DNA of 56,257 nucleotides from a virus. Lineage: Duplodnaviria; Caudoviricetes. A model generated the notes under the pieces. That model was not told where the DNA came from, did no database searches, and saw nothing but the letters and a program-made list of their open reading frames with translations. This document shows, in pieces, positions 46,021-56,217 of this stretch. The stretch spans positions 1 to 56,257 of IMG/VR virus record IMGVR_UViG_3300027754_002235; one strand, written 5' to 3'. Positions within the stretch are counted from its first letter, which is position 1; the number at the start of each line of letters is the position of its first letter. Position numbers and translations under genes: made by a program.

Positions 46021-49000
46021 TGAGTGTAGTAAGTTCTTCGGTTATTGTCAATGTTTTTAAATACTGCGTTTCATATTGATTTTTCAATACCGCAATTGCT
46101 GGATCACCTGCGGGCATCACTTCCACTGCATTGTCCAATGCTGCCTTTGCTGTTCTTGTAATTTCAAGTTGTTCATTATAACGTTTTTGCTGGTCTCTAC
46201 GTTTTCTATTAAAAATTTCAAGATCGCTTTCCGGTAACGTTTCACCAGTAGTTGCAGGATTACCGGTAAAATTTGGTGGTGGTATTTTTGGATTATCTAA
46301 TATTTGTTCTGTTTCCCTATTTAATAGAGGTCTAGTTTTATCATTATTACTAGCTACAGTAGGAAATTTAACTGTTCCTGTACCACCTAACTTCAGACTA
46401 CCAAAAAAGGCATTTAATTGCTTGGCTGGTCCGGATGGTAGTCCAGAAGATACTAATGCTACTAACGATATTTCACCACTCTTTAAGAACGACAAACCTT
46501 TATTTAATACGCTAGATACATCTTTAGCCGCAGTTTCTAAACCTGATGGTACTAAATTAGATATATTTTTTGTTATTTTAGATGTTTCTTGATCTATTAA
46601 TCCTTTTACCGCATCAATTCCTGGTATAGTAATTGGTGCACCATCTGCATTATTAACTTGATAAGACACTCCGTTTTCTCCAGCTTCTAACACACTCAAT
46701 CCAGTAGATACATCCCTATTGCTAGCTAGGTTGGTAACTGTTCTATTAATGTCATTAGTGACTACTGCTACGGTGTCGTTAACATTATTAGTTACAGAAT
46801 TCACTATACCTCTCACCCCTTTTGTGGCATCAGTTATAGAATTGAATGCACCTGTAAAAGAATTAACACTTGGTGCTGATGACGGCGTCTGCGCGGTTGC
46901 GATTGCTTTTTCTGTTATATCTTTAATATTTTGAGGAACTCCAGGTTTTAACGTTGGTAAAGCTTTAGCAATTGAATTAAATGCATTGGCTACTGCACCT
47001 CTAGCATTATTTATTAATTGATCTAATCCAGGGCCAATACCTTTAAAACTGATATTAACTGATGGAGCTCCCTTTTTACCAAATAGACTTGTAACGGCGC
47101 TAAACACACCTCCACCACTAAGTAAATTAGTAACACCTCCGCCACTGAATAAACTGGTAACACTTTTTAAAGCGTCTCCGCCACTGAATACGTTTTTAAG
47201 ACTATCTAACCCTCCTGTTACTACATTTGACACATTGGCAGCAAAATTACCTGATGCAAATAACTCTTTGGTTGATCCTAAAAAAGTATTAACAGTATCA
47301 GTTACATTACTTACTACACCGTTAACATTATCAGTTATATTTTTCACTACCCCGGTAACGTTATCTGCTACGGTAGTTAATGCTGTATTTACAGAAGTTA
47401 CCGCAGTATCGGCTGCATTTTTAATATAATTAACAGTATTTTCTACACCAGTGTTAAAACCTGCTAATATTACAGGGGCAGCCGCCTCACCAGATACGTT
47501 AGGACTTAATACTCCATTCTTTGTAAATTTGTCTAGTGTTCCTTTCATTCCAGTAACTATACCATCAACTATAATTGAAGGACTAGCATTTTTGTAGTCT
47601 TGTAAGTTATATATATTGTTTACACCTGTAAAAAATGGCCCACATGCTTGCTCTAATGTTTTACCACCTGCTACTAAGCTATCAATTAATTCAGCACATC
47701 CCGGTTTTAGAATTCCACAATCTTGTAGTTGTTTAGCACTTAAAGCACAGGGCCCAAATGCCGCTTGTGGACCATTTGCTGTTTGTACTATACCACCACC
47801 CAATTTAACTACGTCGGCAGCCTCGCTTTTATCTGCCCCATCTTTCATTGTTGCAATAATGCCATCTGTTAGTTCCTTAGTAACATTTTGACCAATTGCA
47901 GATGACTGTGGAACTGTAGATATAGCAGCCCTTGTTACTGGGTTTTTTGGTGCACCAGCATTGATAATTGCGCTTGTTAATGACTTTGATGGTGCACTTG
48001 GCAATGCTGCCGCGGCACTATTATTAACTTTAACATCTACTCCTTGATTTGCGTTAGCCCATGGCGCATGAGCTGGTGCTCTACTTACAATACTTAATAA
48101 TTTACCCGGTGCCGCTAACCACCCTTTAGTAGCATCATTTAATGTATCTGTGTGTGCTGTTATTGGAATTGGTTTTACATCTTGAGGAACTAAACTTGAT
48201 GATCCTGTATTTAAATTAATTTTACTACCGTTAATATACGTAATAACTTTACTATAAAAGAATGCATCACCTCCACTAGCAAAACTCATTTTACCATCTA
48301 CTTTAGTTGTATATGTACCAGAAGCATACAAACTAAAGTTTGTTCCAACTTTTTGTGTGGTTTGTTTTTCACTGCTAAGTGCAATCGTGTCAGCACTCAT
48401 GTTTAATGCTTTACCTGCGTTAATATTAATATTATTATCAGCATGTAAATTTAAATCACCTTGTGTTCTAATATTAACTGAATTGGTAGAATACATATCA
48501 ATTGTACCTTCTTTACCCAATTCAACCCAACTTTGTCCGTTAGCATGAATAATATGTAGGCATTGTCCATCATCACTCATTAATATCTGATGTCCTAAAC
48601 TAGTACGTATCCTTACTAATTGATCTTTACCTAAAATATCTCCATCATCCATGACCAGTGAATGTCCACCTCGTCTTGCAATAACTTTTAACCCTGCATT
48701 TTGTTTATCGGATATAGCCGCTTTAACAATAGTTTCGTCAGTAAATCCACCTTCATATATAGGACGTCCGGGTGTGCTTACTCCCCATCCAACACGACTT
48801 GGAGTTTCACGTTGTGATGTTGTACCAATTACACCTCTTATAGTATCCCTAATTAAACCCTGTTGTGCTAATACACTAGCAACATAACTATGTACTGGTT
48901 TTGCCTCATTTAAATAATTTGCACCATCAGCAATACCACTATTATTAGTGTTAATATTAACTACTGGTAATCTGGTTGCACCACCTAACGCTTGTGCCTC

Positions 49001-49447
49001 ACCTTTATTAGCTATAATATTTTCGCTTCCGCCAATAGCAGGAACCATATGTAATGATTCAACTGGCGGAATAGCTCCAATATAAAAACCATAATCAGAT
49101 TTACCATCAACAAATAAACATATAACTGTTGTACCTATATCAGGTGGGCTGTTCCATACACCATAACTGTTAGGGTTTTTTACATAATTTCCCCACCCAG
49201 TCTCTGCACTTGAAGGCGTAGTTACTCCATAGAAAGGAGACAGATAATTAACCGGGGTCCAATTTGTGCTTTTGTCTGGATCACCTGTACCTAATTCAGG
49301 TAAATATACAAATATCTTTCCACCTCGTTGTGGATCTATATTACTTTTAACAATACCAAGTGTTGGTAATGATCGTAATGCCGCACCTCCTGCATTGGGT
49401 AAACTTGATTTAAGCGGGCCTTTAAATTTAAAATAATCTTCTGCCAT
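46016..49447 (-). CDS. gp5: Baseplate central spike, gp5/VgrG-like, with long C-terminal extension
   Basis: OB fold GIVKSNIDP...G.IFVY, PPDIGTTVICLF; GHSLVMDDG, RTSLGHQILM; beta-helix repeats; then ~680 aa of extension. Confidence 0.8.
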   Translation of the reverse strand: MAEDYFKFKGPLKSSLPNAGGAALRSLPTLGIVKSNIDPQRGGKIFVYLPELGTGDPDKSTNWTPVNYLSPFYGVTTPSSAETGWGNYVKNPNSYGVWNSPPDIGTTVICLFVDGKSDYGFYIGAIPPVESLHMVPAIGGSENIIANKGEAQALGGATRLPVVNINTNNSGIADGANYLNEAKPVHSYVASVLAQQGLIRDTIRGVIGTTSQRETPSRVGWGVSTPGRPIYEGGFTDETIVKAAISDKQNAGLKVIARRGGHSLVMDDGDILGKDQLVRIRTSLGHQILMSDDGQCLHIIHANGQSWVELGKEGTIDMYSTNSVNIRTQGDLNLHADNNININAGKALNMSADTIALSSEKQTTQKVGTNFSLYASGTYTTKVDGKMSFASGGDAFFYSKVITYINGSKINLNTGSSSLVPQDVKPIPITAHTDTLNDATKGWLAAPGKLLSIVSRAPAHAPWANANQGVDVKVNNSAAAALPSAPSKSLTSAIINAGAPKNPVTRAAISTVPQSSAIGQNVTKELTDGIIATMKDGADKSEAADVVKLGGGIVQTANGPQAAFGPCALSAKQLQDCGILKPGCAELIDSLVAGGKTLEQACGPFFTGVNNIYNLQDYKNASPSIIVDGIVTGMKGTLDKFTKNGVLSPNVSGEAAAPVILAGFNTGVENTVNYIKNAADTAVTSVNTALTTVADNVTGVVKNITDNVNGVVSNVTDTVNTFLGSTKELFASGNFAANVSNVVTGGLDSLKNVFSGGDALKSVTSLFSGGGVTNLLSGGGVFSAVTSLFGKKGAPSVNISFKGIGPGLDQLINNARGAVANAFNSIAKALPTLKPGVPQNIKDITEKAIATAQTPSSAPSVNSFTGAFNSITDATKGVRGIVNSVTNNVNDTVAVVTNDINRTVTNLASNRDVSTGLSVLEAGENGVSYQVNNADGAPITIPGIDAVKGLIDQETSKITKNISNLVPSGLETAAKDVSSVLNKGLSFLKSGEISLVALVSSGLPSGPAKQLNAFFGSLKLGGTGTVKFPTVASNNDKTRPLLNRETEQILDNPKIPPPNFTGNPATTGETLPESDLEIFNRKRRDQQKRYNEQLEITRTAKAALDNAVEVMPAGDPAIAVLKNQYETQYLKTLTITEELTTLT

Positions 49448-49463
49448 ATATAGTCTCTAGTTA

Positions 49464-52187
49464 TTAAACACTGCGGTTGTCCCTGGTGTCTTCTGGTAAT
49501 TCTCTTCCATCATCCTGTGATACGGTTGCTACTTGTGTTGACTTAATTGTGTTAATAGTAGCTTCATCATCTGCTACAACTTTAGATACTATTACATTAT
49601 TACTTTGCTGTCCTGCAGTATTTTCTGCCCTAGTTCCAGCACCATCAATAGGTGTACCAACCGTAGCACCACCGGTTGGCGATGTTTGATTAGTAGTAAG
49701 TATACTAGCTCTGGCATCAGGAAGTAAGGCTGCATTTGCTTGTTGTGCTATGGCTTCATCTACGCCGGCAAATTCATTATCAGGAGTATACCCAGTATTT
49801 CCAGTTGACGTGCCATTTGGATTCTGTGAATCAATTGTCCCGGCTTGGGTTGAAGAAACTCTAACATCTTTACTAGTAGTTGATGCTTTGGTAGATTTTT
49901 CTCTATTATTAGCATCAGCATCAGCAGTTGCATTAGGGAATGAATTAATTTGAGCTTTTAATTCTTGTACAAATTTACCTTTAGTAAAATTACTTTCTAC
50001 ACTATATAAAAGATAACTTACTCCTTTAACTTGTGCAGCCACACTCTTAGGGTAATCCCACATTAATACTTGAGAATTGATTGACAATAATCCATTTTCA
50101 TTATTATAGTCTATTCCTTCTCTAAAATTTATTTCAAAAAATACTTGGCCACCGTTAGGATTAATAGTGTACCCATCTACGCCGTAAAATCGGTTGTATA
50201 CTTCATTTAATGATCCCGGTGAGTCTTGCATTAAATAATCCGGATCACCCATAATATGTACTTTAACGTTAACATATGCGGTAGGATCAAATAAATTTGC
50301 TATTACTGAGTTTCTTGTTTCATTTCCTTTACCAATAGTTCCTGATGTAGATTCTCCTTGAGGGCGATTTGCAACCTGAGATGAATTTTCCTTACCATCT
50401 TGTGCTGTTTTGCTTTCTATGGGATCGTTTTGAACAACATAATATAGATTATTAAATACTTGTTCATATGATATAATTTCAGTATTTTTTCCAGTATACC
50501 AATATTCATATGATTTGTGTGGCCCATAATAATTATCTGTAGAATTAACATATGGACTTGTCAATGCTGGTGTAAGATATGGTTGAATAATATATGTTAT
50601 TTGATAATCCCAATCAGATAATAATGTATTCCATCCTAAACATTTTACAATAGAACTTAAATTATACCATCTGAATTTTTTTGGTTTGTTGTTTTTTTCT
50701 TTGCCACTATTGATATCTCCGTCTAATGAAGTTTTTTGTAGGGAATTTACAGCATTATCCATATATTCGCTTTCCTTAATTATTTCACTAATAACTTGCA
50801 TAATAGGTTTAGTGGCATCTAATGCAATAGATTTTAAGTTTAAATTAGGTGTACTTCTTACAGAAGCAGATTCATTTGACTGATTAGTAGATGTTATAGG
50901 CGCGCCGGATGCTCTGGTTTTATCTGAACCAGTGGTTACTAAACGTGCATTCTTAATATCATCTGCCGGTCCTATAAATTCTAATTTAAATACAGTTTTA
51001 CTTTTACTTTGTTGCTGTTGTTCATTTAATATACTAATTAAACTTCTTGTTCCAGGCTTATCACCCTTTAATACATCAAATACTGTTTCACCAATAACAG
51101 TTGAGCTACTATTAACTAATGCACGTTTTGTACTATACGCTACAGAAGGTTGTAATGTTGCGGCAGTTATTTTATATGATGACGTTTTTCCATCTAATGT
51201 GAACTTCATATTAGTTATATATATGTCATAAAATCTTTCATATATGCCAGTAGTTTGACTAGTAGCACTATCGGGTTTTAATTCAGTACTATTATTAGAT
51301 ATCGGATTACCATTAACATCATATCCTTGAAATCTTACACCTAATACAAAAAACTGTTTTGTTGGATTAGTTAAAGCTCTGTAATTAGGCAATCGGCTTT
51401 TTGCTTGTAGGGCCTCTGATGCTATACGTAAGCGGGATATAAATGAGAAACCATACGGTTCATATACCATAAATGTCATTGATGTAACATTAGATGCAAT
51501 TCCATTAGATTTACCGCCTGAAGCATGTGTAATTTTCAAATCATCAATATAATAATCTAATTCAAATCCAGGAGCACGTTTAGATGATGTATTATTAATT
51601 CCACCACTCTGTGCTATTAAATATGCCCCGCCTGAAGCTTCATTAGCAAGTACATTAATATTATTTCTGCCAGATATAACAAATGCTTCATATGCATCTG
51701 GAGTTATCATATACAAACTAAGCTGATAAGTATAACTAGAAAAATTGCTTAAAGGATTAGAAGTTCGTCTGCCAGGTTTCTCTTTAACAGGTCTCTTATC
51801 CTGAATAACTATTTCAGGTATACCATCCGATGGTTTATCAGTTGTAGCACCACCGTACAACGGGTTCCCATAGTCATCTTTTACATCACTGGCAATTTTT
51901 TTATCATAACTGTTATCTCCGTCGGCAGAACCAGTAAGAGTATTTGGATTAGGGGTATTGGCTGCCACTTTAAATTCCGCGGATTTGGCCGCAGCCGCTT
52001 CTTCCTCTTGTTTTATTATATAGTTTGCCTCTATTAATAATGCCTCTTTATTTTCACTTGGCATGCCCGTTTCAATAGCAAGATTAATAGCTATTAACGG
52101 GGTTGCCCCTCTACTAATATTTTTACCAGTACTGTCGTCTTTGACTACCCAAAGTCCAGTAGTTTCTTGCCTAGAAATAGAATACAT
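49464..52187 (-). CDS. Putative baseplate hub protein (gp27-like position)
   Basis: NPLSNFSSYTYQLSLY, EPYG, KSYEYWYTGKNTEI, IMGDPDYL, FTKGKFVQEL; lies between gp53 and gp5. Confidence 0.6.
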   Translation of the reverse strand: MYSISRQETTGLWVVKDDSTGKNISRGATPLIAINLAIETGMPSENKEALLIEANYIIKQEEEAAAAKSAEFKVAANTPNPNTLTGSADGDNSYDKKIASDVKDDYGNPLYGGATTDKPSDGIPEIVIQDKRPVKEKPGRRTSNPLSNFSSYTYQLSLYMITPDAYEAFVISGRNNINVLANEASGGAYLIAQSGGINNTSSKRAPGFELDYYIDDLKITHASGGKSNGIASNVTSMTFMVYEPYGFSFISRLRIASEALQAKSRLPNYRALTNPTKQFFVLGVRFQGYDVNGNPISNNSTELKPDSATSQTTGIYERFYDIYITNMKFTLDGKTSSYKITAATLQPSVAYSTKRALVNSSSTVIGETVFDVLKGDKPGTRSLISILNEQQQQSKSKTVFKLEFIGPADDIKNARLVTTGSDKTRASGAPITSTNQSNESASVRSTPNLNLKSIALDATKPIMQVISEIIKESEYMDNAVNSLQKTSLDGDINSGKEKNNKPKKFRWYNLSSIVKCLGWNTLLSDWDYQITYIIQPYLTPALTSPYVNSTDNYYGPHKSYEYWYTGKNTEIISYEQVFNNLYYVVQNDPIESKTAQDGKENSSQVANRPQGESTSGTIGKGNETRNSVIANLFDPTAYVNVKVHIMGDPDYLMQDSPGSLNEVYNRFYGVDGYTINPNGGQVFFEINFREGIDYNNENGLLSINSQVLMWDYPKSVAAQVKGVSYLLYSVESNFTKGKFVQELKAQINSFPNATADADANNREKSTKASTTSKDVRVSSTQAGTIDSQNPNGTSTGNTGYTPDNEFAGVDEAIAQQANAALLPDARASILTTNQTSPTGGATVGTPIDGAGTRAENTAGQQSNNVIVSKVVADDEATINTIKSTQVATVSQDDGRELPEDTRDNRSV

Positions 52188-52505
52188 TTATAGTCCCAAT
52201 AATTGTTTTAGTAAATCTGATTTAGGCAAATATATACCCACTCCGGCTACAAAATCAAAGTAAGGATCTTTTAATCTATTTGGATTTCTACTAGCAAATA
52301 CCCACCATAATCTACTATCAGCATACAAGTCAAATGCTAATAAGTCTGGACGATATTCATATACCAATGTGATTTGCCAATATATGTCTGATGGTTGTTT
52401 AAGTATTGGTCTGTCTACCATTACATCTAAAAATTTACCATTTACTACTCCCGTAGCATAGTATGGGCTTGTTGCTGGATAAAGTGTGTTATTTGCCATT
52501 ACCAA
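52188..52505 (-). CDS. gp53: Baseplate wedge subunit, gp53-like (LysM-like)
   Basis: YEYRPDLLAFDLYADSRLWWVFASRN...G..IYLP. Confidence 0.85.
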   Translation of the reverse strand: MVMANNTLYPATSPYYATGVVNGKFLDVMVDRPILKQPSDIYWQITLVYEYRPDLLAFDLYADSRLWWVFASRNPNRLKDPYFDFVAGVGIYLPKSDLLKQLLGL

Positions 52506-54118
52506 ATTCCTCCGCCATTGGGTCGTATACTACCTCGTAATAATTCACCAGTTGCATATTTCTTTAAACTAAAATTATTACTTATATCATTACGTGTAAC
52601 TATTGGATATGCTGTTATAGTTATTTGCATTTTTGTAGGTACGTATGTAGGTTGTGTATTTGTTGCTTGCGTGTTCCATGCGGTTGGTGATGCAGTTGCG
52701 CCAGGATTTAATTCGTTTAATCTAACTTGTGATGCCGTAGTATCAGCATTCCTAGTACCATCATCGTAACCAGTTGAACTAACTCCAGCAAATAATGTTG
52801 GACTAGCTGCTCTTATATAGTCCACTTCATTAGGCAAATTATAATTAAATGAGGATATTACTAATGGATGGCTATCAAATTGAAAACCACCCATGCCGGA
52901 TAGATAACATAAAGGTGGGGGTGTGCCTGGACTAGGATTTTGATCTTTTCCATAAAACATTTTAGTAACTGATCTAAAGAAATGTATCACAGCTAACATA
53001 TAATTTGCTTCTTCATTATCCTGTGCGGTAAAATCACCTGTAATTACTAATTGATCCACTCCACTATTCTTATATTGATATACTTTATAATTACTATGTG
53101 TTAATTCTTGCGGGTCATAGTGGGCGGCATAAGTTACTTGAATATTAGGTGTATATGGAAAAATTACACCAAGTGTTTTTTGTAATGGTGCTAATATACC
53201 AGGATCATCGGCAGCATAAAGATATTTGGCACCAGGAGCTAAACTTAAACGAACACGCCAATCACCTTGTGTTTTTGCATTTTCTGCATCCTGTAGAGTT
53301 TTCTGTGACCTAGCAGTAATAACCGAGCCTTGTAAACCACGCATCCCACCGTATGACTCAATAATATCTTGTTCTGTTCTTCCAGTTGCTTCATCAAATC
53401 GTAGACCAGCTTGGTATCTTGCTTCCTCAAAAGGATCTGAGTTAGGATCAATATTAGCAGGATTAAATACAAGTTCATATTCAGGATTTGGACCTGTTTT
53501 TGCATTAATAGTAGCTGGTGCTGGATTTTGAATAGTGTTATCACCACTAGCAGGACTACCATCATCAAGAATATCATCTCGTCCAATAGATGCCGGGGCA
53601 GAATTTTCAATTGCAGATGGTCCAGTAGGCGCCGATGATTGCTGATAGTAGGCCAATCCCGGATCCGACATTGGAGTAATTGGTACACCGCTGGTTTCTC
53701 TTAGGTATGCTACTGCCTCAGGTGAGGCTTGTGTAGGATCTATCCTAGCAATAGCTACTTCAATCTGTCCGGCTTGATATTCTAGGTCTACTATCGGCCC
53801 ACGTGCCTTTACTTCTTCGGCAAAGGCGTCATCTCTAGCTTTAAGCAACGGTAGAAGCTCGGCTTGCTGGCTTGCCCATTGAGCATTTATAGTTGCTACA
53901 TTTTGTTGTAACTGTACATTGGTTGGATCTTTTGCAAGAGCATTCTGTGCGTTTATTTTTGCATTGAGGCTAATATGGCCAGGTGTGTTATAATAGGCAA
54001 ACAACGCTTGTTGCGCTTGTTTAGTTTTTATTTCTGCAGCCTGAGCGGGCCCTCTAAGAGGTATAAGTTCAGCTTCTATTTTAGCTAGCTTAGCCTTTAA
54101 TTCGTCAACTGTTGCCAT
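52499..54118 (-). CDS. Tail tube initiator/baseplate tube cap-like protein (gp48/gp54-like) with N-terminal coiled-coil extension
   Basis: C-terminal half GVIFPYTP...HSNY...ITGDFT...HFFRSVTKMFYG...PPPLCYL...VPT; upstream of gp53. Confidence 0.6.
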   Translation of the reverse strand: MATVDELKAKLAKIEAELIPLRGPAQAAEIKTKQAQQALFAYYNTPGHISLNAKINAQNALAKDPTNVQLQQNVATINAQWASQQAELLPLLKARDDAFAEEVKARGPIVDLEYQAGQIEVAIARIDPTQASPEAVAYLRETSGVPITPMSDPGLAYYQQSSAPTGPSAIENSAPASIGRDDILDDGSPASGDNTIQNPAPATINAKTGPNPEYELVFNPANIDPNSDPFEEARYQAGLRFDEATGRTEQDIIESYGGMRGLQGSVITARSQKTLQDAENAKTQGDWRVRLSLAPGAKYLYAADDPGILAPLQKTLGVIFPYTPNIQVTYAAHYDPQELTHSNYKVYQYKNSGVDQLVITGDFTAQDNEEANYMLAVIHFFRSVTKMFYGKDQNPSPGTPPPLCYLSGMGGFQFDSHPLVISSFNYNLPNEVDYIRAASPTLFAGVSSTGYDDGTRNADTTASQVRLNELNPGATASPTAWNTQATNTQPTYVPTKMQITITAYPIVTRNDISNNFSLKKYATGELLRGSIRPNGGGIW

Positions 54119-54140
54119 AATATGTTATTATCCTTAGTTA

Positions 54141-54148
54141 TATTTATC
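54141..54148 (-). promoter_or_regulatory. Late promoter GATAAATA heading the baseplate module
   Basis: Followed by TAAGGA RBS and ATG 54118. Confidence 0.7.
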
Positions 54149-54191
54149 GTTAAATAAAAGTAGTATTTTTACCCTTTTCTCTAAAAAATTG

Positions 54192-54220
54192 TTGCTTTTC
54201 TGCAACTATTGTGTTACACT
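54192..54220 (+). promoter_or_regulatory. Sigma70-like promoter for the late sigma factor gene
   Basis: TTGCTT-17 nt-TACACT with a TG extended -10. Confidence 0.6.
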
Positions 54221-54241
54221 ACACAAAACAACAAGGAAACT

Positions 54242-55153
54242 ATGTCTCTATTACCCGCGCCACGCAAACCTGTAAACTATCTAAATAACAAAGATATTCT
54301 AAAAGAAATACACGAAAGTAAAAACGCATACTGTTGTTTTACTAAACCAGAATATCATCGCTATGACTTTATAGTAGATATGCCGCAAGCACAACTGGAT
54401 GAGAGTCTAGCTTATGCTTTCAAACCCGAAACAATTCAAGTAGCAAAAGAAACACGGGCTCTACGTCTTAGTTTAGAACAAGGATCTAAAGATAGTGTTT
54501 CCCCTGATTCTATACCATTGACAGATTTAATATTTCGTGTAATGACTTGGGATCACGTTCCGGTAGCACCAAAACAACCTCGCAAAACAGTTAAAAAGAA
54601 AACAGCAAAAGATATCTTTGAGTTTGAAGAACCAAATCCAGATGAAATCTTTGCTGACCTAGAAGATAATACAACTAAAGCTGAAGTAGATGACATGGTT
54701 CATGTTAAAGTAAACTTTCCCCCATTCCAACACTATAAAATTGATGAGAACAATACATTCTATTGTGTGGGTAAAAGTCATTGGGAAGGTGATTTACCAA
54801 CTGGTTCTTTTAATAAAGAACATGGTAAAATTACAAACAAACTTGCCCGTATGTATATTATGATGTGTGAAAAATACGCAATGAAATATAATTGGCGTGG
54901 GTATACTTACAATGACGAAATGCGTAACAGTGCTATCTTACAATTAACTTATGTTGGTTTACGATTCAATGAAGCTAAATCAGCTAACCCATTCGCTTAC
55001 TATACAGCCGCTATAACAAATAGCTTCTGTCGTGTATTGAATACAGAAAAACGTAATCAAAACATACGTGATGATATCTTAGAGATTAACGGTCTTAACC
55101 CAAGTTGGAGCCGTCAAGGTTCTGGGTCAAGCAGTACAGTTTACGAAGAATAA
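54242..55153 (+). CDS. gp55: Late transcription sigma factor, T4 gp55-like
   Basis: VNYLNNKDIL, NWRGYTYNDEM, FNEAKSANPFAYYT...NSF.R.LN.EK; AAGGA before ATG 54242; precedes gp47/gp46 as in T4-like phages. Confidence 0.9.
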   Translation: MSLLPAPRKPVNYLNNKDILKEIHESKNAYCCFTKPEYHRYDFIVDMPQAQLDESLAYAFKPETIQVAKETRALRLSLEQGSKDSVSPDSIPLTDLIFRVMTWDHVPVAPKQPRKTVKKKTAKDIFEFEEPNPDEIFADLEDNTTKAEVDDMVHVKVNFPPFQHYKIDENNTFYCVGKSHWEGDLPTGSFNKEHGKITNKLARMYIMMCEKYAMKYNWRGYTYNDEMRNSAILQLTYVGLRFNEAKSANPFAYYTAAITNSFCRVLNTEKRNQNIRDDILEINGLNPSWSRQGSGSSSTVYEE

Positions 55154-55167
55154 TTTGTCCAATGACA

Positions 55168-55197
55168 TTGCTTTTGTAGTGCCACATCCTATATAAT
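55168..55197 (+). promoter_or_regulatory. Sigma70-like promoter
   Basis: TTGCTT-18 nt-TATAAT; same TTGCTTTT -35 as at 54192; the predicted +1 falls at or near ATG 55204. Confidence 0.6.
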
Positions 55198-55203
55198 AAA
55201 CAC

Positions 55204-56217
55204 ATGAGTAACCTTTTCAAAAAAGCGGCAGTAATGACAGACCTTCATATTGGTCTAAAATCAAATAGTATAGTTCACAATGAGGACTGTTTAAATTTTG
55301 TTAAGTGGTTTATATCAAAAGCAAAAGATGAAGGATGTGATACTGCAATTATATGCGGGGATTGGCATAATCACCGTGCGAGTATTAACATACATAGTCT
55401 CCATTACTCTATGCAATGTTTAGAATTATTAAATTCTAATTTTACTCAAGTATTCTTTTTAACAGGAAACCATGATTTATACTATAGAGAAAAACGTGAC
55501 GTTCATAGTGTATTATGGGCAGGATATCTTCCAAATGTTCATGTTATTAATGATATTTTTACTGAGGGTGATGTGACTATTTGTCCATGGCTAGTGGGTG
55601 ATGAAGCAAAACAAATTAAAAAATTAAAATCTAAATATATATTTGGGCATTTTGAGCTTCCCAATTTTTACATGAATGCACAAATATTAATGCCTGACCA
55701 TGGTGATATTAATATGGATTCTTTTCCAAATACAGATTTAGTATTCAGTGGTCATTTCCATAAACGGCAAAGCAAAAAGAATGTGTGGTATATAGGTAAC
55801 GCTTTCCCACATAACTATGCTGACGCAGGTGATGACGCACGTGGTATGATGGTACTTGAATGGGGTCAAGACCCGCAATTCTTTAGTTGGCCAAGACAAC
55901 CCTTATATCGTGTATATAAACTAAGTGATGTATTAGAAAACCCTGAGGGCTTGCTATTAATTGATAGTCATGTTAGAGTACATCTTGACATTGATATTAG
56001 TTATGAAGAAGCTAACTTTATCAGAGAAACATTAATACCAGAACATAAACTAAGAGAAATGGCATTGATACCAATGAAAGCAGAACAAACAGAGATAGCT
56101 GGTTCAGATGGATTACGCTTTGAGTCGGTTGACCAAATCGTCATTGACCAAATTAATTCTATTGAATCAAATACTTTTGACAAAAAACTATTGTTGGACA
56201 TTTATAATAACCTATGA
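55204..56217 (+). CDS. gp47: Recombination endonuclease subunit, gp47/Mre11/SbcD-like
   Basis: TDLHIG, GDWHNHR, GNHD, GHFE, SGHFH motifs. Confidence 0.93.
   Translation: MSNLFKKAAVMTDLHIGLKSNSIVHNEDCLNFVKWFISKAKDEGCDTAIICGDWHNHRASINIHSLHYSMQCLELLNSNFTQVFFLTGNHDLYYREKRDVHSVLWAGYLPNVHVINDIFTEGDVTICPWLVGDEAKQIKKLKSKYIFGHFELPNFYMNAQILMPDHGDINMDSFPNTDLVFSGHFHKRQSKKNVWYIGNAFPHNYADAGDDARGMMVLEWGQDPQFFSWPRQPLYRVYKLSDVLENPEGLLLIDSHVRVHLDIDISYEEANFIRETLIPEHKLREMALIPMKAEQTEIAGSDGLRFESVDQIVIDQINSIESNTFDKKLLLDIYNNL

Noticed and set aside
54141-54156. TATTTA-TCGT-TAAATA palindrome as a terminator or operator
   Set aside because: All-AT stem, explained by back-to-back TAAATA motifs in a divergent promoter region.
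593-56201. Numerous 60-150 aa antisense or alternative-frame ORFs in the track (e.g. 593-889, 22791-23228, 53245-53688)
   Set aside because: They lie fully within longer motif-bearing genes and show no motifs or RBS; typical shadow ORFs.
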